Assembly: GCA_038087875.1 (NCBI GenBank) | Contig: CM075995.1 | Location: 6,698,001 to 6,762,000 of the forward strand | Direction: 5' to 3' | DNA: 64,000 bases | DNA from: Malacoraja senta | Taxonomy: Eukaryota | Part shown: positions 61,614 to 64,000 of the stretch, piece by piece | Position numbering within the stretch: the stretch's first letter is position 1 | Layout: every line of letters begins with the position of its first letter | The notes under the pieces: model-generated | Seen by the model: the letters and a program-made list of their open reading frames with translations, nothing else | Database searches by the model: none | Told to the model about the DNA's origin: nothing | Translations under genes and position numbers: made by a program

Positions 61614-62256
61614 AAACTAAACTGAACTAAACTAAAACGAAACCAATGTCTTATATAACTGAAACATGAACTCCCAACTTCTATATCAAGTCAAGTGAGT
61701 TTATTGTCATGTGTCCCTGGTAGGACAATGAAATTCTTGCTTTGCTTGAGCACAACAGAACATAGTAGGCATTTACTACAAGGCATTCTATAGATATATA
61801 CACAATGGTCAATATACTGATTCGAAGGTACACAAAAATGCTGGAGAAACTCAGCGGGTGCAGCAGCATCTATGGAGCGAAGGAAATAGGCAACGTTTCG
61901 GGCCGAAACTCAAACAGTTTACTTTGAGCGTGTGAAGGTGTTACAACTAGAATGTGGTGGAGTGGAGACAAAGTTGCCTAAAGGCATGTTTCATGTTATA
62001 TTGATTGAGGCAGCCAGATCCTTAACTAAGTGATGAGATAAGTCTGTTAACAATAGTATGAGTTATTTCACAGTGCAATGTGCCAGGAATCTTATAATTT
62101 GATGCATCTGCTGCATAATTCACTCCTTCCGTTCTCAGTTACTGAAGTGTCCCACATGACCAGTTACTACTAGCCCCACCGATATGGTGACACCCCTTCC
62201 CGCTAATCCCACTAGGGGGCGGCACGGTGGCGCAGCGGTAGAGTTGCTGCCTTTTA

Positions 62257-63779
<1,523 letters not shown>

Positions 63780-64000
63780 TTACAGCGCCAGAGACCCGGG
63801 TTCGATCCCGACTACGGGTGCTGTCTGTACGGAGTTTGTACGTTCTCCCCGTGGGTATTTTGCGTGGGTTTTCACCGGGTGCTCCAGTTTCCTCCCACAC
63901 TCCAAAGACACACAGGCTTGTAGTTTAACTGGCTTTGGTTAAAGAAAAAGTAATTTGTCCCTGGTGTGTAGAATACTATGTATAGAACGGGTGTCAGGGG

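Overview
Repeat-dense vertebrate genomic DNA, most likely from a cartilaginous fish (skate/ray/shark, inferred from HE1-type SINEs, HER1/CR1 LINEs and Penelope remnants). The host gene is DTNBP1 (dysbindin-1, BLOC-1 subunit) on the minus strand. Coding exons 2-5 lie at 40078-40128, 36205-36255, 21950-22010 and 9309-9441; they have GT-AG boundaries and splice into one open frame that the ORF track misses. Exon 1 was not found and may lie in the 200-N gap (43307-43506). Exon 6 onward probably lies left of the window. Most other ORFs are transposon fragments or antisense shadows. Highlights: (1) an apparently intact Tx1-clade L1 element (gag-knuckle ORF1 and APE-RT-zinc-finger ORF2 coupled by an AUGA overlap) with a seamless 2265-bp head-to-tail 3' duplication, one 12-bp TSD pair, and insertion inside a Harbinger-type MITE; (2) many Penelope-derived repeats carrying minimal hammerhead-ribozyme cores, some in long hairpins; (3) a near-intact Rex1/Babar LINE in a multi-layer nest; (4) a HERO-like RLE fragment with a possibly pseudoknotted 3' UTR, inserted in an (AAACT)n SINE tail; (5) a perfect 30-bp inverted repeat bracketing DTNBP1 exon 5; (6) divergent CTCF-like motifs, two produced by a local duplication; (7) hAT, Harbinger and Helitron non-autonomous elements with readable ends. 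All family names come from recalled motifs, not database searches.
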